A stretch of DNA of 63,509 nucleotides, the filler included, from Atractiella rhizophila (lineage: Eukaryota), in NCBI GenBank assembly GCA_021432655.1. It is 7 parts of 7 records of this genome, joined end to end, with 100 filler letters (N's around TTAATTAATTAA, not from the genome) between each part and the next. Parts side by side here need not be neighbours in the genome. Positions count along the whole stretch, not along the records: positions 1 to 11,918 come from MU272021.1; positions 12,019 to 23,921 come from MU272022.1; 5 more parts are not named here. One strand, written 5' to 3'. The translations under genes and the position numbers were made by a program. This document shows, piece by piece, positions 1 through 12,292 of the stretch. How positions within the stretch are numbered: the stretch's first letter is position 1; each line of letters begins with the position of its first letter. The notes beneath the pieces are model-generated. The model did not search any database. It worked only from the letters and a program-made list of their open reading frames with translations, and was not told the DNA's origin.

Positions 1-27
1 TTTGTGTCTCCACGCTGACAAATTTAG

Positions 28-907
28 TGCCCAATGGGGTTTCCATCCAGGAGGTTGGGGAAAGCCACCAGTCGATGAATACCAGCGACCTCTCTATCGC
101 GATGTCTTAGGAGGATTTCCGATGACAATGGAGAACGATGTGGGTCTTATTGTCTCTGTCCATTTTCAGCCCTTAACGCGCATTCAGAATGTAAACATCG
201 ATAAGGCTCTCTGGGGTGAACTTGAACCTGAAGAGGAAGGTGCGTCAACTCCCCAGTCGATTCTGCAGAGAGGGGTTGATGTCGCCATTTTAGAATCGGA
301 GGAGGAGGAGGAGGAGGAGGGAGAAGAAGTTGTCGAAACGACCTCCGCTTCTCGGGAAACACTTGACGGTATTCAAACGCCGTCGGGGTTGGAGACGCCA
401 TCCGGTCTTGCGTCTGTTACTTCTACCGTCCCGGGAGGACTGGAAACACCAGATTTCCTTGACATCCGCAAACGACGCGAGGCAACTGAAGCCGATGATG
501 GACGAGAAAAATCCCTGTATACGGTCGTACCAGAAAAGAAGGCTTCGATTCAAGGCCTCATGGGCAGTTCGCATGTGTATGACCTTCGACGGAGCAACAG
601 CACCTCAGTTTTGGGAGAGGAACGAGGCACAAAGGTACTTGACGCCGTCTAACCTCTACTCTTTGAGCTTATCAGCTGTGAATAGCGTAAAGCGGGAGTG
701 GACGTCACCTTAAGTGAGACTGAGCTGGAAGGAATGTCGGAAGAGCAGCTAAAGGAGCGGTACGAGTCTGCCAGGAGAGCTGGTTCGACCGTAAATGTGA
801 AACAAGTGGACACTTCCGATGTTTACGTCGAGGAATCGAGGAAACGGCAGAAAAGAGAGGAGTCCAGAAAGGAGAGAGCGAAGGATAAGGATTCCTTCAA
901 GTTTTAG
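28..907 (+). CDS. SF3B2: Splicing factor 3B subunit 2 (SAP145/Cus1), 3' part, spliced
   Basis: WGFHPGGWGKPPVDEYQRPLY motif, TPSGLETP...VPGGLETPDFLDIRK repeats and C-terminal FKF*. Introns at about 140-187, 240-292 and 636-685. The 5' end lies outside the contig. Confidence 0.92.
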
Positions 908-1008
908 CATTCATCACATGTATACACATACCATACTTGGTCTACAGGCACTTTGTACACAGGCAATTTAGTTGCCAGAGATGCGTGGGACATGCTATGG
1001 CTGACATT

Positions 1009-4000
1009 TCATCGCTTTTTCTTGGGAACAACCTTTAACTCTTTCCGTGCTTGAGACAAAGTGACATATTGATGAGACTGAACAGCATGCCGGCCTTTCT
1101 TGAGGTTCGAGTCTTCCTTGTTCGACTTTTTCTTCTTCCTCGATACTTCCATCTGGCCTATCCTGTCAGAGAGTATGGCATCATCCTCCTCCACCCATCC
1201 TCGTTTCTTGCCCGTGATCTTGTTGAACTTGACCACACCACGCTCATTCTTCTTCAAGCCCGACTCGCCCTCAGTTGCTTCTAGAAAAGCGTCGAAGACG
1301 GTAGGACCTTCCACATCCTGTTCTTCGTCATCCCTGATAACCACACGACCGTCTTCCCCAGTCTTGAAATGTGCTCGCTTCTGCCTCATTCGACTTCCTT
1401 CCGCTGCTCGCACAGATATTTTCCCGATCAATCCTTCGTCTAAAAGATCCAGGGGTTCGTCATCATCGTTCAATATGATTCCACCGTCATGCCGTAATGA
1501 CTTCACTTTCTTACCGCTATGCGACGATTTGGCGGGTGTCATCTCGATGTCTGACGTATCCGATTCATCGGTGCTGCCCACAATTTCCTCATACGCTGTC
1601 CTAATACGCTCGCCTTTCCGTGGGGGCTACATTCCAAAAAAAAAATCAGATGGAGCATCTCAAAGTCCCCTACTTACCCCCGCATTATCCAACGTATCCT
1701 CTGTGATCGTCCTTTTCCTCTTAGCTCTGATTTGGCGCTTCTTGATATTGACCAGAAGCTTTTTGTCATCTTCAGGTACAAATTTCTCCACAACCTCAAA
1801 CCCAAATTTGCGAATTAGCCTTTCCAGAATATGTCGAATATTTGATTTGAGATGGTTCTTGTGCTCGTGAGACCAACGGATTATCCTTGGTAGTAACGCC
1901 GGAAGATGTGGCCGGGTAAACTGAGAAGGCAAGGCGACGATGGATACTTTGACAAAACCGACGGTCGATTTTACGACCTCACGGTTGTTTGATTCAAGAA
2001 ACATCAGGACGGTGGACAAGAGATTTTCAAGGGCCGTTGGGGGGAGAGAAGCTGTTGTATGTCAGTACACCCCATGGCATGGAGTTTAAAAAAGCTCACC
2101 GTGAAATTCAAACAACAGCCGAGATAGCGACGTTATGGTTGCGCTGATGCTATGTGCGGACGTGCCAGCCAATCCAGCCGAGACCATGGTGATGTATTCT
2201 TCAATTGATGCTGGTACTAAAGGGAGGCACCCATCAGCCAAGAGGGATAACGCTGCACATTTCCTACCTTCTTCAATAGCCACACCAGCCATGCCCTGAA
2301 CGAGACTCTTCTTCACCGTACCCCCGGTCTCCCCCATCTTCCTCCCCATCTTAATCAGCAGTTCGTAGCTAGCTTCTCGGCCAACCTCATTGGCGTCCTT
2401 CGTGCCCAGGATAGCTTCGGGTATCAACGAAACAAGGAGATGCAGGGAGTCAGAGGGAAGAGCATCGACAAGTCGAAGAAGGAAAATGACCCGGTCCTGC
2501 TCATCTGTCACAATCAATCGGCTACATTGACGGAACAAATCCCATACCTTTTTGGCACTCAAAGAGACAGTTTCTCCGTCTGTGATAATCTTCTCCAATA
2601 TTGACCAGAAGCTTTTTGTCATCTTCAGGTACAAATTTCTCCACAACCTCAAACCCAAATTTGCGAATTAGCCTTTCCAGAATATGTCGAATATTTGATT
2701 TGAGATGGTTCTTGTGCTCGTGAGACCAACGGATTATCCTTGGTAGTAACGCCGGAAGATGTGGCCGGGTAAACTGAGAAGGCAAGGCGACGATGGATAC
2801 TTTGACAAAACCGACGGTCGATTTTACGACCTCACGGTTGTTTGATTCAAGAAACATCAGGACGGTGGACAAGAGATTTTCAAGGGCCGTTGGGGGGAGA
2901 GAAGCTGTTGTATGTCAGTACACCCCATGGCATGGAGTTTAAAAAAGCTCACCGTGAAATTCAAACAACAGCCGAGATAGCGACGTTATGGTTGCGCTGA
3001 TGCTATGTGCGGACGTGCCAGCCAATCCAGCCGAGACCATGGTGATGTATTCTTCAATTGATGCTGGTACTAAAGGGAGGCACCCATCAGCCAAGAGGGA
3101 TAACGCTGCACATTTCCTACCTTCTTCAATAGCCACACCAGCCATGCCCTGAACGAGACTCTTCTTCACCGTACCCCCGGTCTCCCCCATCTTCCTCCCC
3201 ATCTTAATCAGCAGTTCGTAGCTAGCTTCTCGGCCAACCTCATTGGCGTCCTTCGTGCCCAGGATAGCTTCGGGTATCAACGAAACAAGGAGATGCAGGG
3301 AGTCAGAGGGAAGAGCATCGACAAGTCGAAGAAGGAAAATGACCCGGTCCTGCTCATCTGTCACAATCAATCGGCTACATTGACGGAACAAATCCCATAC
3401 CTTTTTGGCACTCAAAGAGACAGTTTCTCCGTCTGTGATAATCTTCTCCATCCACGTAGGATCCTCTGCGACCTTAACTTTGATCAACATTCCATTCTTC
3501 TCCACCAGTTTGACGAGAATACGGTAAAGCTTTTTCTCCACGACAGCATCTTGAGATAACATTGTTTTCTCTGGAGACCCACTCCTCTTCTCCAGTAATG
3601 CAGAAGTTTGGTTCAGAATTTGAACCGCCAGCCTCTGTGTCGACACGCTTGCGAGCGCTATCATAAAATCTAGCATGGAATGCGCCATTGGCTGCGTGGA
3701 TTTCGACGAAGTCGCGTCAAAGGACTGGTCCAATTCTGGCACGAGAATACCGTTGATTCGGGTGTACATGTTCTTTAGGTCCTGATGATAGATTCAGCAT
3801 TCATGAACACGCAAGATGGCGCACGCACTTCCTCATCCATGTTACCTAACCAAATTTCGACACAGTCCAAGACGTAACCAGAACCTGGGGGCATCCGACC
3901 ATAAAGATTGGCTAGAACACCCAAGACAGATATTGCTCTTTTGCTCCCCAAAACACCATCTTTCTTGAAGAGCTCTCGAACCCGTTCCACTGTCCAACCG

Positions 4001-5823
4001 GTCTGTCTCTGTAATGATAAAGATAAGTCGTCCTGCCGGGTAGTTGATTTGTTGCGGAACGGTGCAAATGATTTAACCAATAACCCAAGCCCATTGATGA
4101 TGGCGGGCCTTGTGGTAGGACGGGAGTACAAGATATTGCCCAATGTATTAAGAAAGTCGTTTGACAACTCTTCTTCCAAATCAACAGGCAGAGTGCAATA
4201 ACGCGGGAAGATTCCAAAAATCTGATCGAGCACCAGTTCCAAAGTGGCCTTCAGCTCTGCTCTGTTCTGCGAGTTGGTCCTGCCCTTTGCGTTCGCATGA
4301 CCGTCCGATTTTTCGCACTCTGCGACCAGGTCGAACACTTTCTGGCATTTCTGCATCCAGAACTCTTTAAAGTGCCCAAAGCGTTCATTCTCTCCTCCAT
4401 AGTGTTGAAAAAGAGCCAAGAGCCACGCTCGTTCCGGGGCATCTGCAGACAGCCCAAGGCTCATTTCCACGCCGCCACCTTCTTTAGATAGGGTCCATTC
4501 AATGCCGCATGCGTTGACTATGGCCCCAATTGTCCGCTCGACTTCTTTTCCGAACTCAAACTTGTCAACCTCAGCCAAGTCTCTCATTTTGACAAGAGTC
4601 TGTAGAGAAGGTCTTAAGAGAGAATGTCCCAATGGTGACTTCCGCATCTGTGAAGCGGAGTCCAATGCCGGTCGAAACCGCATTTTAGTCTCTACAAGGT
4701 CCTTCAAAACTTCCAATAAACTTGGAAGAGAGATGGGATTCGAATTAAACTCCAACGAAATGAGACGCGCTCTCAACTGTTCAAGTGACCAGGTTACGAG
4801 CGTTGTCTCCTTTTGCGACGCAATTAGTTCCTCGTCGTCCAAACAAGTCCGTATCATGGTCTTCAGGCAGTTCTCAGATGCCTCACGGGTTTGATTATCC
4901 ACAGAGGGGTTTGGCATAATCGAAAGGATCGCAACAAACTGATCCTTAAAAAGCGCCTTCCCATGAAAACCAACGAAACTCCAACCGGCTTCGACAGAAT
5001 CCAACCAAGCCCGTAATGATCTATCGTCGCCTCGAAGTCGCAAAAGTTGTTTGAATGTGTCCAACAGAAATGCTGCCTTAGCGGTAGAGAGAGCTCCTTT
5101 CGATTGGCACCGGAACACACTATCGAGAAACTGGTATATGCTGTTCTGCACATGGTTGGTTTGACTTCCTGAGGATGTTGACGGAGAAAGATAGTGAGAT
5201 AACAGAGGTACCAGCACCGAGATAAAATTTTGGAGAGTCTAGACAAACTCATCCAATGCTGTCAGAACGAGGATCTAGTGACATACCCGTTCGCGCGGCT
5301 GAGTTGATTCGAGGCAAACCTTGGCCCCTTGCAGCACACCGATGAGGACACTGGGCTCGGCATTCGCTCCCTCTTGTTGAAGCCATTGTAGTGACCAATC
5401 CCAATCCGGAGCGTCTGCTGCAATCTGCCAGGCAAGTTTTCGAACTTTAGGCTGAGCATGGATGAGAGCTGGATTCAAGACAGTAGCTGTCAGTGAAGAG
5501 GGTTTTTGTTCAAGAAAAGAATATATTTTCAGGAGCGCCTTCATCGTTGCGCCGTCAGCAACGGCGAAAGCAGGGTGGTCCTTCATCAGGCGAGTGAGAG
5601 TGTTCGATATTGAATCGGCCTTAGGTTTGAGTGATTGACCGTCTGCTGACGTCAGGAGTATCGACAATAAGTAGATGGCCTCTTTCACAACATCAGTGTC
5701 CTTGAGTGGTGGAGTGAGCAGTGCTGAGATAGCGGTAAGATAGCCTGATGGCTCCACTGATGGAAGTGTGGTCCGAATTGCATTCAGCAATGGCGTAGAG
5801 GGTATAGAAGAAAGGGAGGTCAT
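1009..5823 (-). CDS. RRP12: RRP12-like pre-rRNA processing HEAT/NUC173 protein, spliced, with internal duplication
   Basis: Motifs ERAWLLALF, DQIFGIFPRYCTLPVDL, IPEAILGTKDANEVGREASYELL, MVSAGLAGTSAHSISATITSLSRLLFEF, SNNREVVKSTVGFVKV, HILERLIRKFG and DDEPLDLLD. Confidence 0.92.
1745..3450. repeat. 853-bp direct tandem duplication inside RRP12 (1745-2597 / 2598-3450)
   Basis: The sequence from atattgaccagaagc to gataatcttctcca occurs twice back to back and looks identical by eye. The same peptides are duplicated in the ORF track. Confidence 0.95.
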
Positions 5824-5966
5824 GATATATCCCCCTTTTGACTTCGAGAGTAGAAGCTGAGGTATCGATCGAGTGGTGCCCTGATGCTAGGACGAGGCTG
5901 GGACAAAAAAAATTCGATCCCGCTGTTTGTTATCTTTATTCACGTGATATTACCAGCTTTCGCACT
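5824..5966. promoter_or_regulatory. Probable bidirectional promoter between RRP12 and ARL3
   Basis: Only 143 bp separate the two divergent start codons (5823 on -, 5967 on +). Confidence 0.5.
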
Positions 5967-6707
5967 ATGTTCCATCTACTTCGAGGTCTGTACCAAAAGA
6001 TAACCGCCAAGGATAATTTTCAAGTCCTTATTCTTGGACTCGACGCCGCTGGCAAAACTACGCTTTTGGAACTTATCAAGGCGACATATACCCAGCATCT
6101 GCAGCTCCAGCCCTCTCAAATCGCGCCGACGGTTGGCCAGAACAGTCAGTATCTACTATCACATGTTAACACCAGCTGCTGAACAGTCGGACAGTCGGAC
6201 GTATCACGCTTTCTCGCTCTGACATACTCTTCTGGGATGTCGGAGGGCAAGTAGACCTGCGGCGTCTTTGGACATCTTACTACTCAGCATCTCACGCCAT
6301 CGTTTTTCTCTTGGACTCAGCAGCTCCTCAACGGTTGAACGAGGCCTGGCAAGTGCTAGGTTTGTAACTTTGATGTCAGATAATTCGTTGTCAGACTGCT
6401 CGCTTCCACAGGAGAAATCACGCGAGATTCCCGACTTAGGGATGTTCCGATCCTCGTGTTGGCCAACAAACAGGATGAGGCAAACGCACTGAGTGTAGAA
6501 CAGCTGAAATCCAGCTGGGAAGAATCAGGTCCGCAGTGTCCTTCTATAAACCAGCGCTTGACATGGGGAAACATAGGCGCACGTCCTGAAACAGATATTG
6601 AATTTCTTCCCATCTCTGCCCTGAAAGGGAATGGAGTGCGTGAAGCCGTTGACTGGCTTTTTTTACGAGTACAGAATTCAAGAAAAGCTGAAGATGTTAG
6701 CTGGTGA
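5967..6707 (+). CDS. ARL3: ARF-related GTPase Arl3/ARFRP1, spliced
   Basis: MFHLLRGLY...VLILGLDAAGKTTLLE...PTVGQN, then FWDVGGQ, LANKQD and ISALKGNGVREAVDWL. Confidence 0.92.
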
Positions 6708-6847
6708 GAGCCAGCTTACATTTGACCATTCTTTCAGACTTTCGTTTTTACGTCGACACAGTACAGAGTCATAATAAGACAGTGGTGAGCAATAATGCGT
6801 GCCACTGAGTCGTGGCAAATGCAGAATTGTGATTCTTGCATTAAATA

Positions 6848-7080
6848 CACTGCCAATTCAGTTTCAGATGGTGGTCAGTTGAATCTAAGAACAGTAACCA
6901 TATGATCACAACTACATTGGTCTGAGCTCGACCAGATTCTGCTGTCCAGCCATATCTGAAGCTAAATTCATCTGAATGTGGGCAGCTTGCAGCTGTCTGT
7001 GGCTGGTTGCATCTGAGTAAGTGTCTGCATCTAAATGACACCCATCTGAATCTAGACATGGTGCATCTGAATGCAGTCAG
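6848..7080. mobile_element. Possible CACTA/CMC-like DNA transposon terminus with subterminal repeats
   Basis: Starts with CACTG and is followed by about 7 copies of a CATCTGAA-like motif in both orientations. It marks the switch from genic to TE-like sequence. Confidence 0.35.
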
Positions 7081-10000
7081 TCATTTGACAAAAGAAGATG
7101 CATTTTCTACTGCTTTGGGCTTTTCTCCCTTGTCTTCACATTTCACATACCATTTCTGATTGTTTTTTGGATTATTTTAAAGCTTTGTAGTCCACAGGGA
7201 TTGAATTTGAGAACTCTAGCAAAGATGGCAGTTAATACCATTAACTATCATGGTGTTACGCTGCTGATTATTTCCTGGATTTTCATGAGGCAGAAAACAA
7301 ACTGAGAATGTACGATAGAATTAAATCAATCATCTACATTGTGAATTAAATGCATTTCTCTGTATTATCCTTTACCCCACCCACTTTTCTCACCTCTTCC
7401 ATCACATCCCCTGTAGGTCTTGACACTAGTAGAACCTCTGAAACCTATCTTCCAACCTCTTCTACACTTTTCCATCCAAGCCCATGTTACAATGTATCTA
7501 TCACTGCCGCTCCTCTGCCATTGAGGGGACAGTGATGGGAGTTGACCAAGTGATGCATTGGGGCCCCCATATTGCTTGTTCCACATCTGAAACAGTTACT
7601 GGTAAGTGAACGGATTTCATGAGATAGCAACAAATACTCCACCTGCTTTCCAGATTGAGAAAGCTGCTTGTACTCCTCTTTCCAGTCCGAGTTCCTACCA
7701 GCCCGTTCCTTTTCCCATTGCCTGGACAAAGCAAAATGTTAACCCAATATGCCTTGAGACAAAGCTGGACATGACCTTGAATCCGGTTGAAGATGGTGGT
7801 AAAAAGAGGGCAGCTTCTCCCACATTTGCCTATACACACCTGCCTGTTATCCACACAAATCAGGTCAATAACAAACCGGAGCATGTAGAGATGTAGAACC
7901 TACAGTGATGTTGTTGACTGCCACAACACTGCCAGATGACAGAGCCCGTAGCACAGTTTTCTGTATAAATGGCATTGCAGAAGACAGCACAGGATTGCCT
8001 GTGCATCATGGGTTAGTGTAGTTCCACTTAGTCAAATGGTGTACAAGCTCCTACCGTGAGCTAGAATATTCAACTCAACATTCTATACACTGACAGACCT
8101 CCTGTCAGTCAACACCTTTCAAGAACATCAAAAAGGTATTAAATTAGAAATGCCACCTATTGGTCCTGACTGAATCTGACTTAGGGATGAAGAGTCTATT
8201 CAAAGTAAAGGACATTAGTTGTCACCCTGTGAGCATATGGCCGAGGAGAAGTTGACAAATTGTTTTCATCCGAGACGTTAGAATTCTGTGAAATGCAGCC
8301 AACAGCAATGGAGGTTATGGGAGATGTGGAATTGCCATTCAAATTCCATGATAGAATAGCTGATGATACCTTGAACAGCTATCATGGAGGGCAGAAACTT
8401 TACTAGTCTCACATTTTTTACAAGCCCATTTTGAGGTTAGGCTGAGGAGCTGGCAGTGCTCTGTAAGATAAGACTATAATTTCCTTGGAAGTAGTTGTTC
8501 TATACAATTTTTTGGAAAATTTAAAGAGTTTTATAGAAAAGATGTACAATTGAGAAAAGACTTCAACCCTTCTTTCTTTACTATCTTTACCTTTCATCTT
8601 TACTACCTTCTTCTTCTCTGCTACCTTTTCTTCCAGGCCCAGTTGTATCTGTAATAGTTAGCCCCACACATTATAAGAGATACCAGAACCTTCTAGAACA
8701 TATCAGAACAGTTGAGAACATTGCTCTGTAATATGATAGAACAGTCTAGAACATTCTCTGAATAACCTTAACTACCATCGCTTAGACCATCTGGAAAACA
8801 ATTCCATAACCATATAAAAGGAGCTCAAATGAGCAAGGATACCATACTATTTCGAACGGATTGGAGGGTCACATTGTCACAATGGACCTTTCCACTCCAC
8901 TGTAGTCACGAGTAATAGAGACAAGTTCCCACAGAAACACAGTGTCACGTGCTGCGGCAAGATCAAGTGGAACCGATAGAGCGGAGCCGGCAAGCTGAAT
9001 GGATAGACCACTGCTTGCTTTTCAAGGCAGTGCAGCTTGTCTACCCACAAACATTCTCAACATTTAGAGCGAGCACCTACCAGCTAGCAACTTGGCACCA
9101 GCCACCCCTGAGCCAACCTTCCTGCACTTTTGGGAAAGTTTTGATTCCTGATGAATAATATTGATGTGCTAGGAGCAACAGAGATCTTAACAAATGAGTG
9201 TGCCATTTGATGATTGGTGTGGGTCACTTTTGTTGATTCATATCTATGGAGTTTCTGTAGATGCTGTTCCTACTGCATGCTTAGCACTGAAATCCATGAA
9301 GATTGTACACACTCCACCTTTCCATCCTTGCCTCTGCTTTTTGTTTGGTATAGTATATATGACAAGGTGATCTGCAAAGACCTGCCTCTTCTTTGATCTT
9401 TCCCCCTTTCCCATTGTGTCACCGTTAAGGATGTGGAATGCCAGTAGGGCCGTTGACGATGATTTCCAGAGTTCCCATGTATTTTCTGTTGCACCATAGG
9501 TTCTTTCACAAGATTCCTCTTCCCAGAGGTCACCTTGATCATCAATGAATGAATATGGGACTGGGTTGTCTTCTTTCCACTTGCCCTTGTGGATCCTGAA
9601 GCACTGTCCATCTTCTACCACAGTGTTCCTTTGGCCATTAATTCCATCTCACATTTCATGACAGCCCCAAGAGGTAAGTCAATGTCATAGTCCCTCTCCA
9701 TGGCTTATCTTCATCTACCGCTTCTTCCCCTGCTTGCTCCTCAATATTTTTTCCTGTTTCTGAAGGGATCTGAGGCTGGATAGAGCTAGTGGACAAGTAT
9801 TGTTGGTCAAAGAGGATAGAATTAGTGGTGAAAGACACACCTAGGGACAAGTGTTGGTGGTCAAAGAGGATGACCACCAAACTGTCCCGTAGTGGCAAAA
9901 AACTACGAGATGGCGACAGACAAAAGAGCCAGCTGACCGCATACGTGGCCACACTGCAAGCACCACTATAACCAACACTCCCACCTGGGCAGCTTCTCTT

Positions 10001-10176
10001 AAAGCTCCCACCAAATGTAGACATTGGGCAATGACATAGGAAAGCAAACATATTAGATAGGCATCTAAGAGTGATAGGGAGAGTCTTGCGCCGCTTAAAG
10101 TGGTGTCATATAACCTCTTAGAGAGGGAAGGAATTATTGCGCCCCATAACAACATCAACACTCGGGTAGGGGCGCG

Positions 10177-10364
10177 TGTAAGGATCTAAGGCTAGGAGTA
10201 GTTGGTGGTCAATAATTGAGACATTAGAGAAGTATAGAGAGACATACCTAGGAGTAGTTGGTGGTCAATAATGAACACCAACACTCCTAGGCAGAACTAA
10301 ACTACGTAGTGATGACTCATATGAGTCATACGAGGCAGATGACCAAAACACACTACAACTAACA
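10177..10364 (-). mobile_element. LTR (about 188 bp), solo or 3' LTR
   Basis: TG...CA ends. It is the reverse complement of 11046-11235 and is flanked by gcgcg/gcgca, a near-perfect 5-bp TSD. Confidence 0.75.
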
Positions 10365-11000
10365 GCGCAGACCCACCATTTCACGGAATTTTACAACTCC
10401 AGCGACTGGTAATGCCTTGGTAAGGAGGTCTGTAGGCATGGACTCGGTAGGACAGAAGACTAGGGTGATTTGGCCTGCTTTAACAACATCTCTGAGCCAG
10501 TAGAAATGAAGATCCAAGTGCTTCATGCGTCCATGATGCTCTGGATTCTTGCTGACTTGCAGGGTGCTATTGTTGTCTGGGTACAGCGTTGTAGGACCCT
10601 CTGGAGCAAAACTCATTTCTTGCGAAAGATGCTTGAGACATACCACTTCTTGCCTGCAGATACGGCTGAAATGTACTCTGCCACGTAGTTGAGGGCGTCA
10701 ACAAGGACTACAACTTGCTTCTCCAACTCACTGCCCCTCCCCCAATTGTTAGGACATATCCCCCGGTTGAACAACCGGATACTTGCATCCTGCAAAGTCT
10801 GCATCGCAAAATGCCTTGAAGGGCTGAGAGATAGTGAAGTCTGAAGCAAAATACTCAATGGACAAGTCCTGTATGCCCTTGAGATAACGAAGAAGGTGTT
10901 TAGCAGCTTCCCAATGCTTCTTGCCAGGATTAGAGAGGTCTTTTCCGAGGACAGAGACAGCGCGAGCGATATCTGGACGAGTGGCGACCAAGTTCCTTAT
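10365..11000 (-). mobile_element. Ty1/copia retrotransposon relic (RT C-terminus + RNase H), frameshifted
   Basis: ATRPDIARAVSVL...HWEAAKHLLRYLKG...FCDADFAG, EYISA, and DNNSTLQVSKNPEHHGRMKHLDLHFYWLRD...DLLTKAL. Confidence 0.92.
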
Positions 11001-11045
11001 CAAGTTTCTTCTGCCATTGACGTCCTCCTTGCCTTGTGCCATAGA

Positions 11046-11918
11046 TGTTAGTTGTAGTGTGTTGTGTTGGTCATCTGCCTCTTATGACTCATATGAGGCA
11101 TCACTATGTAATTTAGTTTGCCTAGGAGTGTTGGTGCTCATTGTTGATCACCAACTACTCCTAGGTATGTCTCTCTATACTTCATCAATGCCTCAATTAT
11201 TGACCACCAACTACTCCTAGTCTTAGATCCTTACATGGTAGCGAGAGCTGGTGGCTAGGATTGCACTTTGCCACACCCATCACCTCCCCCCTCCTCCAGA
11301 CCACATTTTCACCCCTCCTGCACTCACATTTTGCTCAATTTCGATGATCAAGACAGATCTGTGATCCTCAGACCTTCCTTTACCACCTCAGAAGGTGTCT
11401 GCTTACTAAGGAATCAAGAAATATCGAAATCTATCACATTACCACCCACTTCCTGCCTCAAAACGCACTTTGCCACCTGGACTCAAATTTTTGACAAATT
11501 TGGACATTATAGGGCATATTTTGATCGTGAAACACTGCGCTACAACTTTACTAGGAACCATCTTGGTTACAATAAGTGAAAATTTCGAGATAGCCACTCC
11601 ATCACCTCCTTCATACCCCCAAAATGCAATTTTCAACTTTTTGGAGTCAGATCTGGTCTGATCTGGACGATTTTATTGCCATTGGATGTACAATAGGCTA
11701 TTCTGCTATCCTACCACAGATTACCTTGATCAGAAGAGTCAAAATTTTGAAATTTGCCACCATCACATCATCATCACATCATCCCCTACCTCCTTTCTCC
11801 ATCACATCAGTGGATCTTAGGACTCAACCACAGGCTCTAGGAGGATGTTTGGGATGGAAATGGCTCTTAATGGGTTGGAATTTGCTGGGCTGAACAGTCT
11901 TGCTGCAGCAAATGATGT
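11046..11918 (+). mobile_element. 5' LTR (11046-11235) + tRNA-iMet-type primer binding site + start of internal region
   Basis: TGTTAG...CCTTACA is followed immediately by TGGTAGCGAGAGC, which resembles the Ty1/Ty3 iMet PBS TGGTAGCG. Truncated at the contig end. Confidence 0.7.
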
Positions 11919-12018
11919 NNNNNNNNNNNNNNNNNNNNNNNNNNNNNNNNNNNNNNNNNNNNTTAATTAATTAANNNNNNNNNNNNNNNNNNNNNNNNNN
12001 NNNNNNNNNNNNNNNNNN
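11919..12018. other. Artificial contig linker
   Basis: N44-TTAATTAATTAA-N44, which gives stops in all six frames. Confidence 0.98.
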
Positions 12019-12097
12019 AACTGGTCGAAAACTGGTCGACCAGTTTTGTGCTGTGGGGAAACTGGTCGACCAGTTTTGAGCAGACTCGCCCAAGGGG
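12019..12097. repeat. Palindromic subterminal repeats, probable DNA-transposon end
   Basis: Perfect palindrome AAAACTGGTCGACCAGTTTT at 12028-12047, repeated at 12059-12076, plus a half copy at 12019. Confidence 0.55.
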
Positions 12098-12292
12098 TCG
12101 GAGTTGGTCGGCGTTTCATGTGTACATGTCTAGTCTTGCATCAAAGTTCAAGGGATTGATTATGAGCTTGAGGTTTGCATCGATGTGGGTCGTATCATGT
12201 CTTCACGATTTGAGCACCACAAGTGCGTCTTGATGCCACAAAGTCTTCTTTGGGGTCAGGATACTCTTTTCATACTCATCCACCTTTTATCA

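Noticed and set aside
1100..1870. 256-aa plus-strand ORF, and similar ORFs such as 4502-4894 and 55450-55869
   Set aside because: Antisense shadows of real minus-strand genes.
8650..8881. Possible solo LTR (TGT...ACA, TCTAGAAC repeats, TATA)
   Set aside because: No TSD, partner LTR or PBS is visible, so it is too weak to list.
11963..11974. TTAATTAATTAA motif recurring about every 12 kb
   Set aside because: It is always centred in N runs. It is an assembly spacer, not a biological periodic element.
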